A stretch of DNA of 64,000 nucleotides from Candidatus Nanoarchaeia archaeon (GCA_041653395.1 JBAZFK010000002.1:33215-97214); one strand, 5' to 3'; positions 19,725 to 30,095 are shown, counted from the stretch's first letter. Notes: a model not told the origin generated them from the sequence alone. Program-made: numbers and translations.

Positions 19725-20828
19725 ATGAGTGGACTACTTGAATCAATAATTAAATCAAAAAGTGTCAAATTAACATATGAATTTGTTTCTTCTGAAGGAT
19801 TTCCCATGAAAGTAAATAATGAATGGGTTCTTGAATACTTGCCTGATTCTGAAGTGTTTTGCTTTCATGATGGAGGAAGATACTATTTTGATGCCAAAAA
19901 TGGAAATTATTTAGGGCAAACAACACCAAAATTAAACAAAAAAACAAATACTTATTTTAAAACTCCGCAAAAGCTTAATGGAGATGCAGCAAATAAATTC
20001 ATACAAATCTATGATACATTGCTGAAATCAATAGTTGATGTTGGGATAAAAGCAAAAAAAGCAGGATATTTTAAAAATGATATCAGCAATGAATGCGGAG
20101 AATTTTTGGGAAAAATGAGAGAAGAAAGAAGCAATATCTTTTACTATCTTTTAGAGAATGCATACAATGATTACAGCAAAGGGATTGAATGGAATAAATC
20201 TTCACTTTCCGGAAATGAAGAGATAAATTTGTATAAAGGATTCAAAGATGACGAGCAAGTATTCGGAATCAAGCTATCAGGGAAACATTTTGATAACAGA
20301 AAAAAATCAGTAATTCCATTATTTGCTTCAAACCAAACAAGGTATAATTTAGAGGATATAAAAACTATTACAGAGGATGTTTTAGGTCCTGAATGCGATG
20401 ATGTAAAAAATGCATCATTACTTTCAATAGTGAACTTAGAAAAAATACTTTCAAGCTTTAAGCCAAGCATTAAAGAAGAAGATAAAAAACAGCTATTAAT
20501 AAATAAATTATCAAAAATGTATAAGCAAAACAAAGCCTATTCTAAAGAGCTTTTAAGCGAAACTCCAACACTCACACAAAACGAAATGGCTGAATACAAA
20601 ACAAGCTATGAGTTTTATAAGCAAAGAGCTTCATTAAGTTTATTAAAAAGTGTTTTAGTAATAGATAATTGCCGTGAAATAGTTGACGAAAAAGTTGAAA
20701 AAAAATCCACCTCTGCATCTTCAAAAAAAGGTGGAATTAAAGGCCCTGCATTAAATGGCGCGCAGAAAAACTTTAAAGAATGCCTAAATGAATTGAAAGG
20801 AGTATTAGGGAAAATAAAAGTTGACTAA
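19725..20828 (+). CDS. hypothetical protein
   Basis: 367 aa, no recognisable motif. Confidence 0.45.
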   Translation: MSGLLESIIKSKSVKLTYEFVSSEGFPMKVNNEWVLEYLPDSEVFCFHDGGRYYFDAKNGNYLGQTTPKLNKKTNTYFKTPQKLNGDAANKFIQIYDTLLKSIVDVGIKAKKAGYFKNDISNECGEFLGKMREERSNIFYYLLENAYNDYSKGIEWNKSSLSGNEEINLYKGFKDDEQVFGIKLSGKHFDNRKKSVIPLFASNQTRYNLEDIKTITEDVLGPECDDVKNASLLSIVNLEKILSSFKPSIKEEDKKQLLINKLSKMYKQNKAYSKELLSETPTLTQNEMAEYKTSYEFYKQRASLSLLKSVLVIDNCREIVDEKVEKKSTSASSKKGGIKGPALNGAQKNFKECLNELKGVLGKIKVD

Positions 20829-20836
20829 TCAAAGTT

Positions 20837-22171
20837 TTACATTAATCCCTTGAATTTTGACAAGTCAAAATTCTTTTCAAGCATCTTAAGCTTTCTGGGA
20901 TTAATTTTACTGCTTAACTTGCCAATCTGCCTGAAACTGTCAAGCAACGCCTTGACATCAGCTTCGCTAACACCTGCTCCGAAAGCAATTCTTTGAATCC
21001 TGGTTCCTGAAATCATCTTAGGATTAGTCAACTCCTTATAAGTCATGCTTGAAAGTATTGGCTCAAACTTTTTCAGCTTACTTTCCTGCATGCCTAATAA
21101 TTCATTTGACACTTTTCCGGAAACTCCTGGAATAAGATTAACAACGCTTGAAAGGCTTCCCATCTTCTTAATGCCTTTTAATTGGTCATAAAAATCAATC
21201 AAGTTAAACTCTCCGCTAAAAAACTTCTCAGAAGCTTTCTTTGCATCCTCTTCGCTGAAAGCCTCCTGCGCTTTTTTTAATAATGCATTCAAATCTCCTA
21301 AACCCAATAATCTGCTGATAAAACCTTTATTGTCAAACTCCTCAAAATCATCAACTTTTTCACCAGTTCCAATAAAAACAATAGGAGAATCAGACTCAAA
21401 GCAAGCTGTAAGAACGCCGCCACCTTTTGCAGTGCCATCCATCCTAGTGATAATAACGTTTTTGACATTAACTAATTCCTTAAAGGTTTTAGCCTGAAGC
21501 TTTGCACTTTGCCCAATATCAGCAGGAAGAACTAAAATGCTTTCAGTAGGCCTAAACTCCCTTTTAATCTCCTTAATTTCCTTAGCTAATTCCTTGTCCA
21601 AAGCGTCCCTTCCTGCGCTGTCAGCAATAATGATATCAAACTTATTCAATTCTTTGTCAAATTTTTTAATAACATCACTAGGATTCTTCAAAGACTCATC
21701 AACAAAAACTGGAACCTGAATCCTGTCACCTAACTGCCTTAACTGCTCCCTTGCAGCAGCCCTGAAAGTGTCAAGGCCAAGCAAAGCAACCTTGAAACCC
21801 CTTTTTTTGTAATACTTTGCCAATTTAGCGCTAGTAGTAGTTTTTCCAGAACCAAATAGTCCAACTAATAAAATCTTGTAAGGCTTCTCATTAATATTCA
21901 AAGACTTGCCTTTTCCAACAATCTTGGTTAGCTCATCATAAATAACATAAATGAACTGCTCTTTTACAGTGAACTTTAATCCTTTCTCTTCCTTAACCCT
22001 TTTTTTAACATGCTCAATGAACGAGAAAGCTAAGATTGGCTCAACATCGCTAGCAATCAAAGTCTTAGACAAATCCCTTAAAATGCTGTCTAATAACTCG
22101 TCATCAAAATGGCTAGTGCCTTCAATTCTCTTAATAATGCTTTTCAAAGCATTCTCAAAACCGCCAAGCAT
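20837..22171 (-). CDS. srp54: signal recognition particle protein SRP54
   Basis: GLFGSGKTTT, DSAGRD, C-terminal Met-rich M domain. Confidence 0.95.
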   Translation of the reverse strand: MLGGFENALKSIIKRIEGTSHFDDELLDSILRDLSKTLIASDVEPILAFSFIEHVKKRVKEEKGLKFTVKEQFIYVIYDELTKIVGKGKSLNINEKPYKILLVGLFGSGKTTTSAKLAKYYKKRGFKVALLGLDTFRAAAREQLRQLGDRIQVPVFVDESLKNPSDVIKKFDKELNKFDIIIADSAGRDALDKELAKEIKEIKREFRPTESILVLPADIGQSAKLQAKTFKELVNVKNVIITRMDGTAKGGGVLTACFESDSPIVFIGTGEKVDDFEEFDNKGFISRLLGLGDLNALLKKAQEAFSEEDAKKASEKFFSGEFNLIDFYDQLKGIKKMGSLSSVVNLIPGVSGKVSNELLGMQESKLKKFEPILSSMTYKELTNPKMISGTRIQRIAFGAGVSEADVKALLDSFRQIGKLSSKINPRKLKMLEKNFDLSKFKGLM

Positions 22172-22276
22172 GACTTAGATTAACAAATCATTTTTTTTAA
22201 AACTTGCTTAACAAAGAAATAACCCCTGAGCAGAGACAAAAAGGTTTTTAAAGAGAATATATTCTTATAAGGAACT

Positions 22277-22888
22277 ATGGCTAATGAATATTTTAAATTA
22301 AATGATTCAACTAAAGAAAAATCAAAAAATCTAGCTTACGGAGTAGTTGGCTCAGCACTGTCAACAATTCTGCTATTCGGAGTTAACCCAATATTAGGAT
22401 TAATAAGCTATGCTTTAACAGGGGGAGTGACTTTAGGGAAATACGTAAAAGACAAATCCTCAACCAAAGATATAGTGAATGAATATTTTTCAAGCGTTGA
22501 AGCAGATGATGATCTTGAATTAATAATTGACAAAAAAGGAAGACTGCAAACAGACCTTCCTAATTATCTATCAAAACCCATACAAAATTACATAAACACT
22601 AACGGGCTCACATCAGACTATAACTTAATAATAAGAAAAAATAATAACGGAAAATATAATATAGGTCACAAGCACTCAACCTGCTTAGGGAATTATATTT
22701 TATCCCCCGACTTTGACATAAAAACTGTGAAAAATTACTCTAACACTCGCCAGAACACTCAAGCAAACAGCGGGCAAAATAATCAAAGCGCAACAAACAC
22801 AAAAAGAAGGGAAGCGCTAAGAAGAATGAGACACAAACTTATACCTGCTCATAGAGATCCAGCAGGTGATGCAGCAAGAGATTTTTAA
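22277..22888 (+). CDS. hypothetical membrane protein
   Basis: two N-terminal TM helices, Asn/Gln-rich middle, basic C-terminus. Confidence 0.4.
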   Translation: MANEYFKLNDSTKEKSKNLAYGVVGSALSTILLFGVNPILGLISYALTGGVTLGKYVKDKSSTKDIVNEYFSSVEADDDLELIIDKKGRLQTDLPNYLSKPIQNYINTNGLTSDYNLIIRKNNNGKYNIGHKHSTCLGNYILSPDFDIKTVKNYSNTRQNTQANSGQNNQSATNTKRREALRRMRHKLIPAHRDPAGDAARDF

Positions 22889-22903
22889 AGAGGTGAAAAA
22901 AAA

Positions 22904-23365
22904 ATGGTTTTAAACTATAAAGGAAGTGATTTAGAAACAGCACTTATAGAAGGTGAATATACCTATGGTGTGGGTAATACTGTTCCTGATAAAGTTTATG
23001 GAGCTATTCCAGATCCAGCACCAGGAATTAACGGAGGAGGCGTATTTACTCCATTAACTTACGGGCTAGCAGATGCTAATGCAAACACAGTTCTTAAAGT
23101 TACATTAGAAGGCGCAACTTACATAAACGCAGCAACTTTAATGTATCAAATGTCCTATATTGCCAAGTATATAACCTTTAATGAAAAGTTACCAACTGAC
23201 GGTGAAATAACTTCAGCAACAAATAAATATACTTTAGATATTCAAAAGAAATCAAAAGAATTATTTGATGAGTTTTCAAAACAAAGTACTGAAAACAAAT
23301 CAGAACAAATTGAAAAGGATATTGAAAAAATAAAACAAGTTATTACAGAAAGTCCACACTTTTAA
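22904..23365 (+). CDS. hypothetical protein, family A short form
   Basis: Its N-terminal ~115 aa are paralogous to 23403..24638: shared GGVFTP, YGL..ANA, NAATLM.QMS. Confidence 0.45.
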   Translation: MVLNYKGSDLETALIEGEYTYGVGNTVPDKVYGAIPDPAPGINGGGVFTPLTYGLADANANTVLKVTLEGATYINAATLMYQMSYIAKYITFNEKLPTDGEITSATNKYTLDIQKKSKELFDEFSKQSTENKSEQIEKDIEKIKQVITESPHF

Positions 23366-23402
23366 TTTTTTTTAATTTTTAATTTTTTTTTAGGTAAAGA
23401 TA

Positions 23403-24638
23403 ATGGTATATATTCATAAAAATACGGATTTGGAACAGGCTTTAATACAAGGTTTTAATACTTTGGGTCCTGGCAATGCTATTCCAAATAAGGTTTATGG
23501 AATTATTCCTAATCCATCTCCAAGAATTAGGAGTGGAGGAGTATTTACTCCAGGGTTATACGGATTAGTAAGTGCTAATGCAGGCACTATTCTTCAAGTT
23601 GTATTGGAGAATCAGACTTATTTAAATGCAGCAACTTTAATGAATCAAATGTCTTTTATTAATAAATATCTTATATTTAGAGAAGAATTGCCAAATGATA
23701 ATGATATAGCCTCTAATCAAAATAATAATACAGTTTTTATACATAAACAAGCATGTGATTTATTTGATATCTATGGACCTCAGATTGTTGCACCTGTGCC
23801 TGTTCCAATTCCTGCACCCATCCCTGCTCCAGTTTTAATTAACAGATGTAATAGAACTGCATTAAATACTTATATTTTTGATCCTTTAAATCAAGCAGTA
23901 GTTGGAAATCCTATTCAAGGAAATTTAAGGGTTCATTTAAATGCTATTGGAACTCCAGTAGATTTTGGAATAATTCGCGGATCTAAAAAAATTAATTATT
24001 TAGAAAATAATTTAATAATCTATGATCAATTAAGAGGTGCAGCTGCTGTTCCAGTTAATACTGCTCTTGAAAATTCAGGAAGATTTGATGCTTATTTCTT
24101 TAATGGAATTATAAGTATTGATGGAAGAGTTCTTCCAGCAGGAAATGATTTTAGGCAAAATTTCTGCCCACAAAACAACCCATTTAACATGACTAATTTA
24201 GGGCAAATTCAAAATTTATTTAATACTGTTTATACTCCACTTAGAATTGCAGGAGTAAAAGTTCAAGATATAGCTCAAACAATCAGGGCTGTAACTAATC
24301 CAGTAATTACAACACATGCAAGAAAAATTTCAGCTAACTTATTTAGTGTACCAACTATTAACCCTAATGAATATAACCAATATTATTGCATTTTTTCAGA
24401 AGACAGAGCACTACCAAATAATGCTGCAATTTTGAATAACTTACAAGTTGTTAATGCAGGAAGAAAAGTAAGGCATGACATTTTAAGAAATCTTAATACT
24501 CCTAATTTAATATTTAACCATAAAGAAGACCCTTATTCAAGTACTGCAATTACAACATATTATCATCATATTTTAAATACTTTTGAAACAATGTACCAAT
24601 ATGAAAGAATTAATGGATTTAATAGCATTGTTTGGTAA
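23403..24638 (+). CDS. hypothetical protein, family A long form with Pro-rich linker and an Asn/Thr-rich C-terminal domain
   Basis: N-terminal domain paralogous to 22904..23365. APVPVPIPAPIPAPV linker. C-terminal ~260 aa beta-rich. Confidence 0.45.
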   Translation: MVYIHKNTDLEQALIQGFNTLGPGNAIPNKVYGIIPNPSPRIRSGGVFTPGLYGLVSANAGTILQVVLENQTYLNAATLMNQMSFINKYLIFREELPNDNDIASNQNNNTVFIHKQACDLFDIYGPQIVAPVPVPIPAPIPAPVLINRCNRTALNTYIFDPLNQAVVGNPIQGNLRVHLNAIGTPVDFGIIRGSKKINYLENNLIIYDQLRGAAAVPVNTALENSGRFDAYFFNGIISIDGRVLPAGNDFRQNFCPQNNPFNMTNLGQIQNLFNTVYTPLRIAGVKVQDIAQTIRAVTNPVITTHARKISANLFSVPTINPNEYNQYYCIFSEDRALPNNAAILNNLQVVNAGRKVRHDILRNLNTPNLIFNHKEDPYSSTAITTYYHHILNTFETMYQYERINGFNSIVW

Positions 24639-24643
24639 AATTT

Positions 24644-25546
24644 TTATTTGGTGATTATTTTCTCAATTATTTCAGCTTTATTAAATTCTTTCAAATCCTT
24701 ATATTCTTGGCCTGTGCCTAAGAATAGTATTGGTTTTTTGACGCTGTAGCTTGCTGAAATTATAGCCCCACCCTTGGTGTCAACATCAGCTTTTGATAAT
24801 ATTAAGTAATCAATGCCTATTTCAGCGTTGAACTTGTCAACTTGAAGTGTAACATCAGCTCCAGTGATTGAGTCAGCAACGAAGATGCATGAATCAGGCA
24901 TTATAACGCGCTTCATTTTTTTTAATTCATCCATTAAATTAGAGTTGGACTGAAGCCTTCCTGCAGTGTCAATGATTACTACATCAATATTGTTCTTTTC
25001 TGCATGCTTTTTTGCATCATATGCAATGCTGGTTGAGTCAGAGCCGTACTCAGAGCTTATTAGCTCAACACCTAATTTGTCAGCATGAGCCCTTAATTGC
25101 TCAATGCTTGCAGCCCTGAAAGTGTCGCAAGCTGCAAGCAAAACGCTTAATTTTTTTGCCTTGAAATAATTAACAAGCTTCCCTATAGTGGTTGTTTTGC
25201 CGCTGCCGTTGACTCCAATAATCATTATTATATATGGCTTTTTTGCCTTGATTTTTTTCAAAAACTCGCCAGGAACTTCCTCAATCAATACATTATCAAG
25301 CGTGCTTTTCAATGAGTCATTGATGACTTTTTTCAAATCTTTTTTAACGCTTTTTCCAACTAGCTCCAGCTTCAAATTCTTCTTGATTTTACTAACCACT
25401 TCCGAGCTGACATTGCTTTGTAGAAGATTAAGCTCTATATCAAAGAAGATTTTTTCAAAATCTTTCTCATTCATCACTTTTTGTGTAAAAACTTTCTCAA
25501 CTTTGTTGATTGCTTCGCTTATCTTTTTTTTAAAAAACTCAAACAC
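24644..25546 (-). CDS. ftsY: signal recognition particle receptor FtsY
   Basis: GVNGSGKTTTIGKL, DTAGRLQ, NG-domain layout. Confidence 0.9.
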   Translation of the reverse strand: MFEFFKKKISEAINKVEKVFTQKVMNEKDFEKIFFDIELNLLQSNVSSEVVSKIKKNLKLELVGKSVKKDLKKVINDSLKSTLDNVLIEEVPGEFLKKIKAKKPYIIMIIGVNGSGKTTTIGKLVNYFKAKKLSVLLAACDTFRAASIEQLRAHADKLGVELISSEYGSDSTSIAYDAKKHAEKNNIDVVIIDTAGRLQSNSNLMDELKKMKRVIMPDSCIFVADSITGADVTLQVDKFNAEIGIDYLILSKADVDTKGGAIISASYSVKKPILFLGTGQEYKDLKEFNKAEIIEKIITK

Positions 25547-25553
25547 TTCAGAT

Positions 25554-26033
25554 TCACTTCTTGCTTCTTTTTTCTTTCTTTTGAAGCTCTTCTAGTTCAT
25601 CTTTTTTTTCATTTTCTTCTTCATTAGTCAATCCGATTAGTTCATGCTCAAGCTTCTTCAATTTGTCAGTAATCTTACCTGCTTCCTCATTGAATCTGGC
25701 TAATAATGAATCAGCTTCATCAATCCTTTCCTTGATGTATTTGTCGCACTCCTCTGAATTCTTTTCAATGATTATTTTATTGCCTATGCCTATCAAGGCC
25801 TTGTCAGGATCTTTAATGTAAACTTTAAGCATTAATCCTTCGCTTAAAGGCATGACCATTTCCTGATTAGGCTTGGCTTTTTTAACCTGGCTTATTATTT
25901 CAAGAGCTGATTTGAATTCAGCCATTCTGGAATTAACCTCCTGATTCTGGGCATCAATACTTTCAAGCTCCTGCCTAAGCATCTCGAATTCGGATGATTT
26001 TTCTTCAATTATTTCTCTTCTGTTATTTTTCAT
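25554..26033 (-). CDS. pfdA: prefoldin alpha subunit
   Basis: coiled-coil / beta hairpin / coiled-coil layout and the conserved position next to ftsY. Confidence 0.55.
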   Translation of the reverse strand: MKNNRREIIEEKSSEFEMLRQELESIDAQNQEVNSRMAEFKSALEIISQVKKAKPNQEMVMPLSEGLMLKVYIKDPDKALIGIGNKIIIEKNSEECDKYIKERIDEADSLLARFNEEAGKITDKLKKLEHELIGLTNEEENEKKDELEELQKKEKRSKK

Positions 26034-26680
26034 TTCATTAATTCCTCCAAAGCCATTATTTCACTTCCATTCATCTCTTTTGAAATAATTATTCCATGCT
26101 TATTTTTTACAAAACCAGCCTTAATAATCGGGCTGCTGCCATTAACAGTGCCTAATTCTAACTCGATTTTAAAAAACTCCTTGATTTTTTCAATCTCATT
26201 GTCCCTTGCCTGCTTATTAATAAGCCCTTTTTTGCTAAAAACAATCAAGTTTGCTCCAACAGTTTCTATGCTTGCAATCTTTGATTTCATAACCTCTAAT
26301 CCTAAATCTTCCAATTGTTTTAGTGCTGAATCCTCAAAGTTAGGGTTAACAAGAGCTTTATTTTTATAAACAACAATATTATTGCCTAAAGCATTGGATT
26401 TAGTGTCAATTATTGCAATTTTTAGCTTCATCTTTTCAAGCTCCTTAAGGGAGTCTTTGCTTATCCCTTTAGGCACTAATAATAATTCCTCATTTCCTGC
26501 CAAGAATATGCCGTTAACGCTGGAGTTCATAACATCCGCTTTAATAATTTCTGTCTTAAGCTCATTCTTTATTGTTTTAATGACCTCATCGCTGGTTATT
26601 CTTGGAACAACAGTGAACTTATCTGTTGAATAAAAAAACAGTCCAATATTGGGGTTTCCTAAAAAATTAATTATTTGCAT
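26030..26680 (-). CDS. eif6: translation initiation factor 6 (aIF6)
   Basis: MQIINFLGNPNIGLF and the pentameric-repeat pattern. Confidence 0.85.
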   Translation of the reverse strand: MQIINFLGNPNIGLFFYSTDKFTVVPRITSDEVIKTIKNELKTEIIKADVMNSSVNGIFLAGNEELLLVPKGISKDSLKELEKMKLKIAIIDTKSNALGNNIVVYKNKALVNPNFEDSALKQLEDLGLEVMKSKIASIETVGANLIVFSKKGLINKQARDNEIEKIKEFFKIELELGTVNGSSPIIKAGFVKNKHGIIISKEMNGSEIMALEELMK

Positions 26681-26682
26681 AA

Positions 26683-27162
26683 TTATAACTTGTTTAAATT
26701 TTTATCAAATTTAGCCACTGGTTTTTTTATAGCTTCATCTTTGACTTTTTTTGTTGAATTTATTTCTTCTTTTTTATCAGCTTTAATATTATCCTCTTTT
26801 TTTGATTCAGCAGTTAACTCCTCAAGAGATTTTTCTTTTTCCTTATCTTTCTTATCAGCCTTTTTTTCAACTTCAATCCTTAAAGGCTTTCCTTCAAGGT
26901 TAACAAAGGCTTTTCCGCTTTTTAATTTTTGAACAAAAACGCTTACTTTAGTTGGAGGATTCTTGATGCCTCTATTCCATACTGCATTGTTTAACTCTTC
27001 GCCAATTAAAACATCGCCTTTTTTAGCCCTTGTATTCTTTTCAATGAATTGCTTAATAGTGACAATAGCCCTTTTGCTTCTTTCATCACTAGGGGCTTTA
27101 AGCCCGTTCTTTTTTAGCCTTATTACATATTTTCTTGTTTCAAAATCCTTCATTATACTCAC
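26683..27162 (-). CDS. rpl31e: 50S ribosomal protein L31e
   Basis: YVIRLKK...APSDERSKRAI...LNNAVWNRGIKNPP. Confidence 0.8.
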   Translation of the reverse strand: MSIMKDFETRKYVIRLKKNGLKAPSDERSKRAIVTIKQFIEKNTRAKKGDVLIGEELNNAVWNRGIKNPPTKVSVFVQKLKSGKAFVNLEGKPLRIEVEKKADKKDKEKEKSLEELTAESKKEDNIKADKKEEINSTKKVKDEAIKKPVAKFDKNLNKL

Positions 27163-27347
27163 CTATTGATTCCTATCTTAGTTTTTCTCCAGTTCCTTCT
27201 CATCTTAGGGTTAAGAGTCCAGCTGCTGACATGAACCCCTCTTTTTAAGCCGTATTTTTTAACAATAATCCATCTAGGAGCAACTCTGTTCTTTTTCATT
27301 GCGCTTTCTAGCTTAGCTTTTAATGAGCCGAATTTATTTTTTGTCAT
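27159..27347 (-). CDS. rpl39e: 50S ribosomal protein L39e
   Basis: KKNRVAPRWIIVK...RRNWRKTKI. Confidence 0.8.
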   Translation of the reverse strand: MTKNKFGSLKAKLESAMKKNRVAPRWIIVKKYGLKRGVHVSSWTLNPKMRRNWRKTKIGINR

Positions 27348-27771
27348 TTTTTATCACTTTATAAGCAGTATTATCCATTAATTTCATTGCTTTAGGGGTT
27401 AATTCTCTTCCTTTTCTTTTTCCTCTCATAACTTTTTTAAGCAACCCCTCATCCTCTAATTGCTGCATAATAACCCTAATAATTTTTCCAGAGCCTTTAA
27501 AGGCTTTTTCTTGCCTTGTTCCCCTGTTTTTTCTTGAACCATACTTAGTTCTTAGCCTTGAAACTCCTTTTGGTCCGTGAACATAAATATACCTTAAAAT
27601 GCTGGCAGTTCTTATATGCCAAAAATCCTCTTGAGTTGGAGATTTTTCCTTGCTAACTGAAGTCTTAACAAACATTGCCCACTGGGGAGCAGCAATCTTT
27701 GGAAACTCCTTTAATTCAACCTTTAAAGCATCAATAAATTTGTTCGCATCCGCATCAAATACATTAACCAT
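27334..27771 (-). CDS. rps19e: 30S ribosomal protein S19e
   Basis: PQWA..VKT...DFWHIRTASILRYIY...GV..LRTKYG. Confidence 0.8.
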   Translation of the reverse strand: MVNVFDADANKFIDALKVELKEFPKIAAPQWAMFVKTSVSKEKSPTQEDFWHIRTASILRYIYVHGPKGVSRLRTKYGSRKNRGTRQEKAFKGSGKIIRVIMQQLEDEGLLKKVMRGKRKGRELTPKAMKLMDNTAYKVIKNDKK

Positions 27772-27895
27772 ATTAACACAAAAAACTATTATTATTTTAA
27801 AAACTTTCCTATTAACAAGCTAAAATAATGTTTTTAACAGGCATAAGACTTCATTTTTAAAAACTTTTTTAAATCAAAACTTGCTTGTAATTGTT

Positions 27896-28057
27896 ATGTC
27901 TGAAAAAAGGTTGCCTTCCAGTTCTGGAGGAATAATGCAATATTATGATGATTATAAGACTAATTTTTCAGTAACTCCTATGCATGTAATAATAGCTACA
28001 GGAGTGCTTGTTGTTTTAGTCATACTGTTTAATTTCATAAACCCTTTCGGTTTTTAA
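27896..28057 (+). CDS. preprotein translocase Sec61-beta (archaeal SecG) subunit
   Basis: 53-aa ORF not in the track. SSSGGIMQYYDD motif followed by a single C-terminal TM helix. Confidence 0.6.
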   Translation: MSEKRLPSSSGGIMQYYDDYKTNFSVTPMHVIIATGVLVVLVILFNFINPFGF

Positions 28058-28102
28058 GAGACTCTTAAAAGTTTTTAAAATATTAAGTAATTATTTTAGT
28101 TA

Positions 28103-29419
28103 ATGGAATCATTTTTCAGCCCGAAAACAATTGCGCTAATAGGGGCAAGCAACAAGAAAGGAAAGATTGGAAATGATATATTCAATAATCTTAAAGTTTC
28201 TAAATCAAAAATTATTCCTGTTAATATCAATAAAGAAAAGATTATGGGCCAAAAATCTTACGAGAAAGTGAGTGATTATTCTGGAAAAATTGACTTGGCA
28301 ATAATTGTCATACCTGCAAAATTTGTTTTGGAGGTTTTAAAAGAATGCGGTGAAAAAAAAATAAAGTCAGCAATTATAATAAGCGCTGGTTTTGGAGAAG
28401 TGGGCAATAAAGAGCTTGAAGCTCAGGTTTTTGACCTTTGCAAAAACTATAATATTAAGCTTTTAGGCCCCAATTGCTTAGGCATACTTAATATAAACAA
28501 TAACTTAAATGCCAGTTTTTACAAAGGAAGAATACTTAAGGGAGGTATTTCATTCGTTTCGCAGTCGGGAGCAATAGGTGTTTCAGTTTTGGATAAGTCA
28601 GCAAGTGAAAATATTGGTTTCAGCAAATTCATCAGTGTTGGAAACATGCTTAACACTGATTTTTCTGACTGCATAAAATATTTGAGCAAGGATAAGGATA
28701 CAAAAGTTATTTGTTTATATATTGAAGGGATTAAGGATGGTGAAAGCTTCATTAAAGCAGTAAAAAGCTGCAAAAAGCCAATAATTACCCTGAAAGCAGG
28801 ATTTACAATTACTGCAATGAAAGCGATTTCCAGCCATACTGGAAGCTTGGCGGGAAATAGCAGGATTTATGACAGCATATTCAGGCAATTCGGAATAATT
28901 AAGGTTAATAACCTTAGTGAAATGTTTAATCTTGCAAAATATTTAAGCAATAATCCTATGCCAAAATCAAGAAATGTTTGCATAATAACTAATGCTGGAG
29001 GAATGGGAGTTCTTTGCAGCGATGCCTGCGAAAGCAACGGCTTAACAGTTGCAAAATTGCCTGATGCGGTTGAAAAAGAAATAAGCACATTTCTTCCAAA
29101 TCACTGGAACAAAAGCAACCCTATTGATATTTTAGGCGATGCTTTAGCTGACAGGTATGCTTTGGCATTAAAAACTTTGTCAGGCAAAAAATTTTATGAC
29201 ATATTATTGGTTATTCTTACTCCTCAAAGCAACACTGAAGTTGAAAAAAGCATGAAAGCATTGATTAATTTCAAAGCAAAGAATCATAGCATAGCCATTT
29301 TTTCATGCTTTGTTGGCGGAGAAAAAATTGATAAAGCATTAAAATTGGCTAATAGGCACAATATTATCAATTTTGATGAGCCTTATTTTTTTGCAAAATC
29401 CGTATCAAAATTATTCTAA
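28103..29419 (+). CDS. acetyl-CoA synthetase (ADP-forming) alpha subunit, CoA-binding plus CoA-ligase domains
   Basis: KTIALIGASNKKGKIG CoA-binding start, GPNCLGI, QSGA, phospho-His context SHTGSLAG. Confidence 0.75.
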   Translation: MESFFSPKTIALIGASNKKGKIGNDIFNNLKVSKSKIIPVNINKEKIMGQKSYEKVSDYSGKIDLAIIVIPAKFVLEVLKECGEKKIKSAIIISAGFGEVGNKELEAQVFDLCKNYNIKLLGPNCLGILNINNNLNASFYKGRILKGGISFVSQSGAIGVSVLDKSASENIGFSKFISVGNMLNTDFSDCIKYLSKDKDTKVICLYIEGIKDGESFIKAVKSCKKPIITLKAGFTITAMKAISSHTGSLAGNSRIYDSIFRQFGIIKVNNLSEMFNLAKYLSNNPMPKSRNVCIITNAGGMGVLCSDACESNGLTVAKLPDAVEKEISTFLPNHWNKSNPIDILGDALADRYALALKTLSGKKFYDILLVILTPQSNTEVEKSMKALINFKAKNHSIAIFSCFVGGEKIDKALKLANRHNIINFDEPYFFAKSVSKLF

Positions 29420-30022
29420 ATTTATCCTTGCATCAACCAAGAAATAAGCATTGCCTGAAAAAATCACAGGGTTTAAGTCCATCTCCAAAATTTTTTCTGC
29501 AATTGCTAAATCTCCTATTTTTATCAGTAATTCAGCTAATTTTTCCTTATCAATGCCAGAATTTCCCCTAAAGCCTTCCAGTATTTTTTTGAACTTTAAT
29601 TCATCAATCATGCCATAAGCATCTTTCTTGTTTAATGGAGCCTTTCTGAAGCTCACATCCTTAATTAATTCAACAAAGACTCCGCCTATGCCAAGCATCA
29701 CCATCCTGCCAAAAACTTCATCATTGCTGATTCCTAAAATTAATTCTGTTCCTTTTTTTTGCTCCTGCAGCACAATAGTTTTTGACAGTTTCTTAAGGGA
29801 ATTATAAGCTTTTAGCAGGTCTTTTTTGTCAAGTATGTTCAAAAACAAGCCTCCAACATCACTTTTATGCGAGTATTTTTCGCTGCTAATCTTGATAACC
29901 ACAGGCTTAGTTAGCCTGTCAAATGCTGAAAGCAATTCGTTCTTGTTTGAGCATTCGTAAAATTCAGCCAGGTCAAAATTCCTTGTTTTCATGAACCTCA
30001 ATGAATCGCTTAAGTTTAGCAT
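29411..30022 (-). CDS. acetyl-CoA synthetase (ADP-forming) beta subunit, ATP-grasp domain
   Basis: ATP-grasp fold motifs, convergent with the alpha subunit gene. Confidence 0.65.
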   Translation of the reverse strand: MLNLSDSLRFMKTRNFDLAEFYECSNKNELLSAFDRLTKPVVIKISSEKYSHKSDVGGLFLNILDKKDLLKAYNSLKKLSKTIVLQEQKKGTELILGISNDEVFGRMVMLGIGGVFVELIKDVSFRKAPLNKKDAYGMIDELKFKKILEGFRGNSGIDKEKLAELLIKIGDLAIAEKILEMDLNPVIFSGNAYFLVDARINLE

Positions 30023-30095
30023 AATAGATAAATTAATTATTTAATCATTTTAAAACATTACTTTTAAAAATAAATACTAATCTAATTATTCTTAT

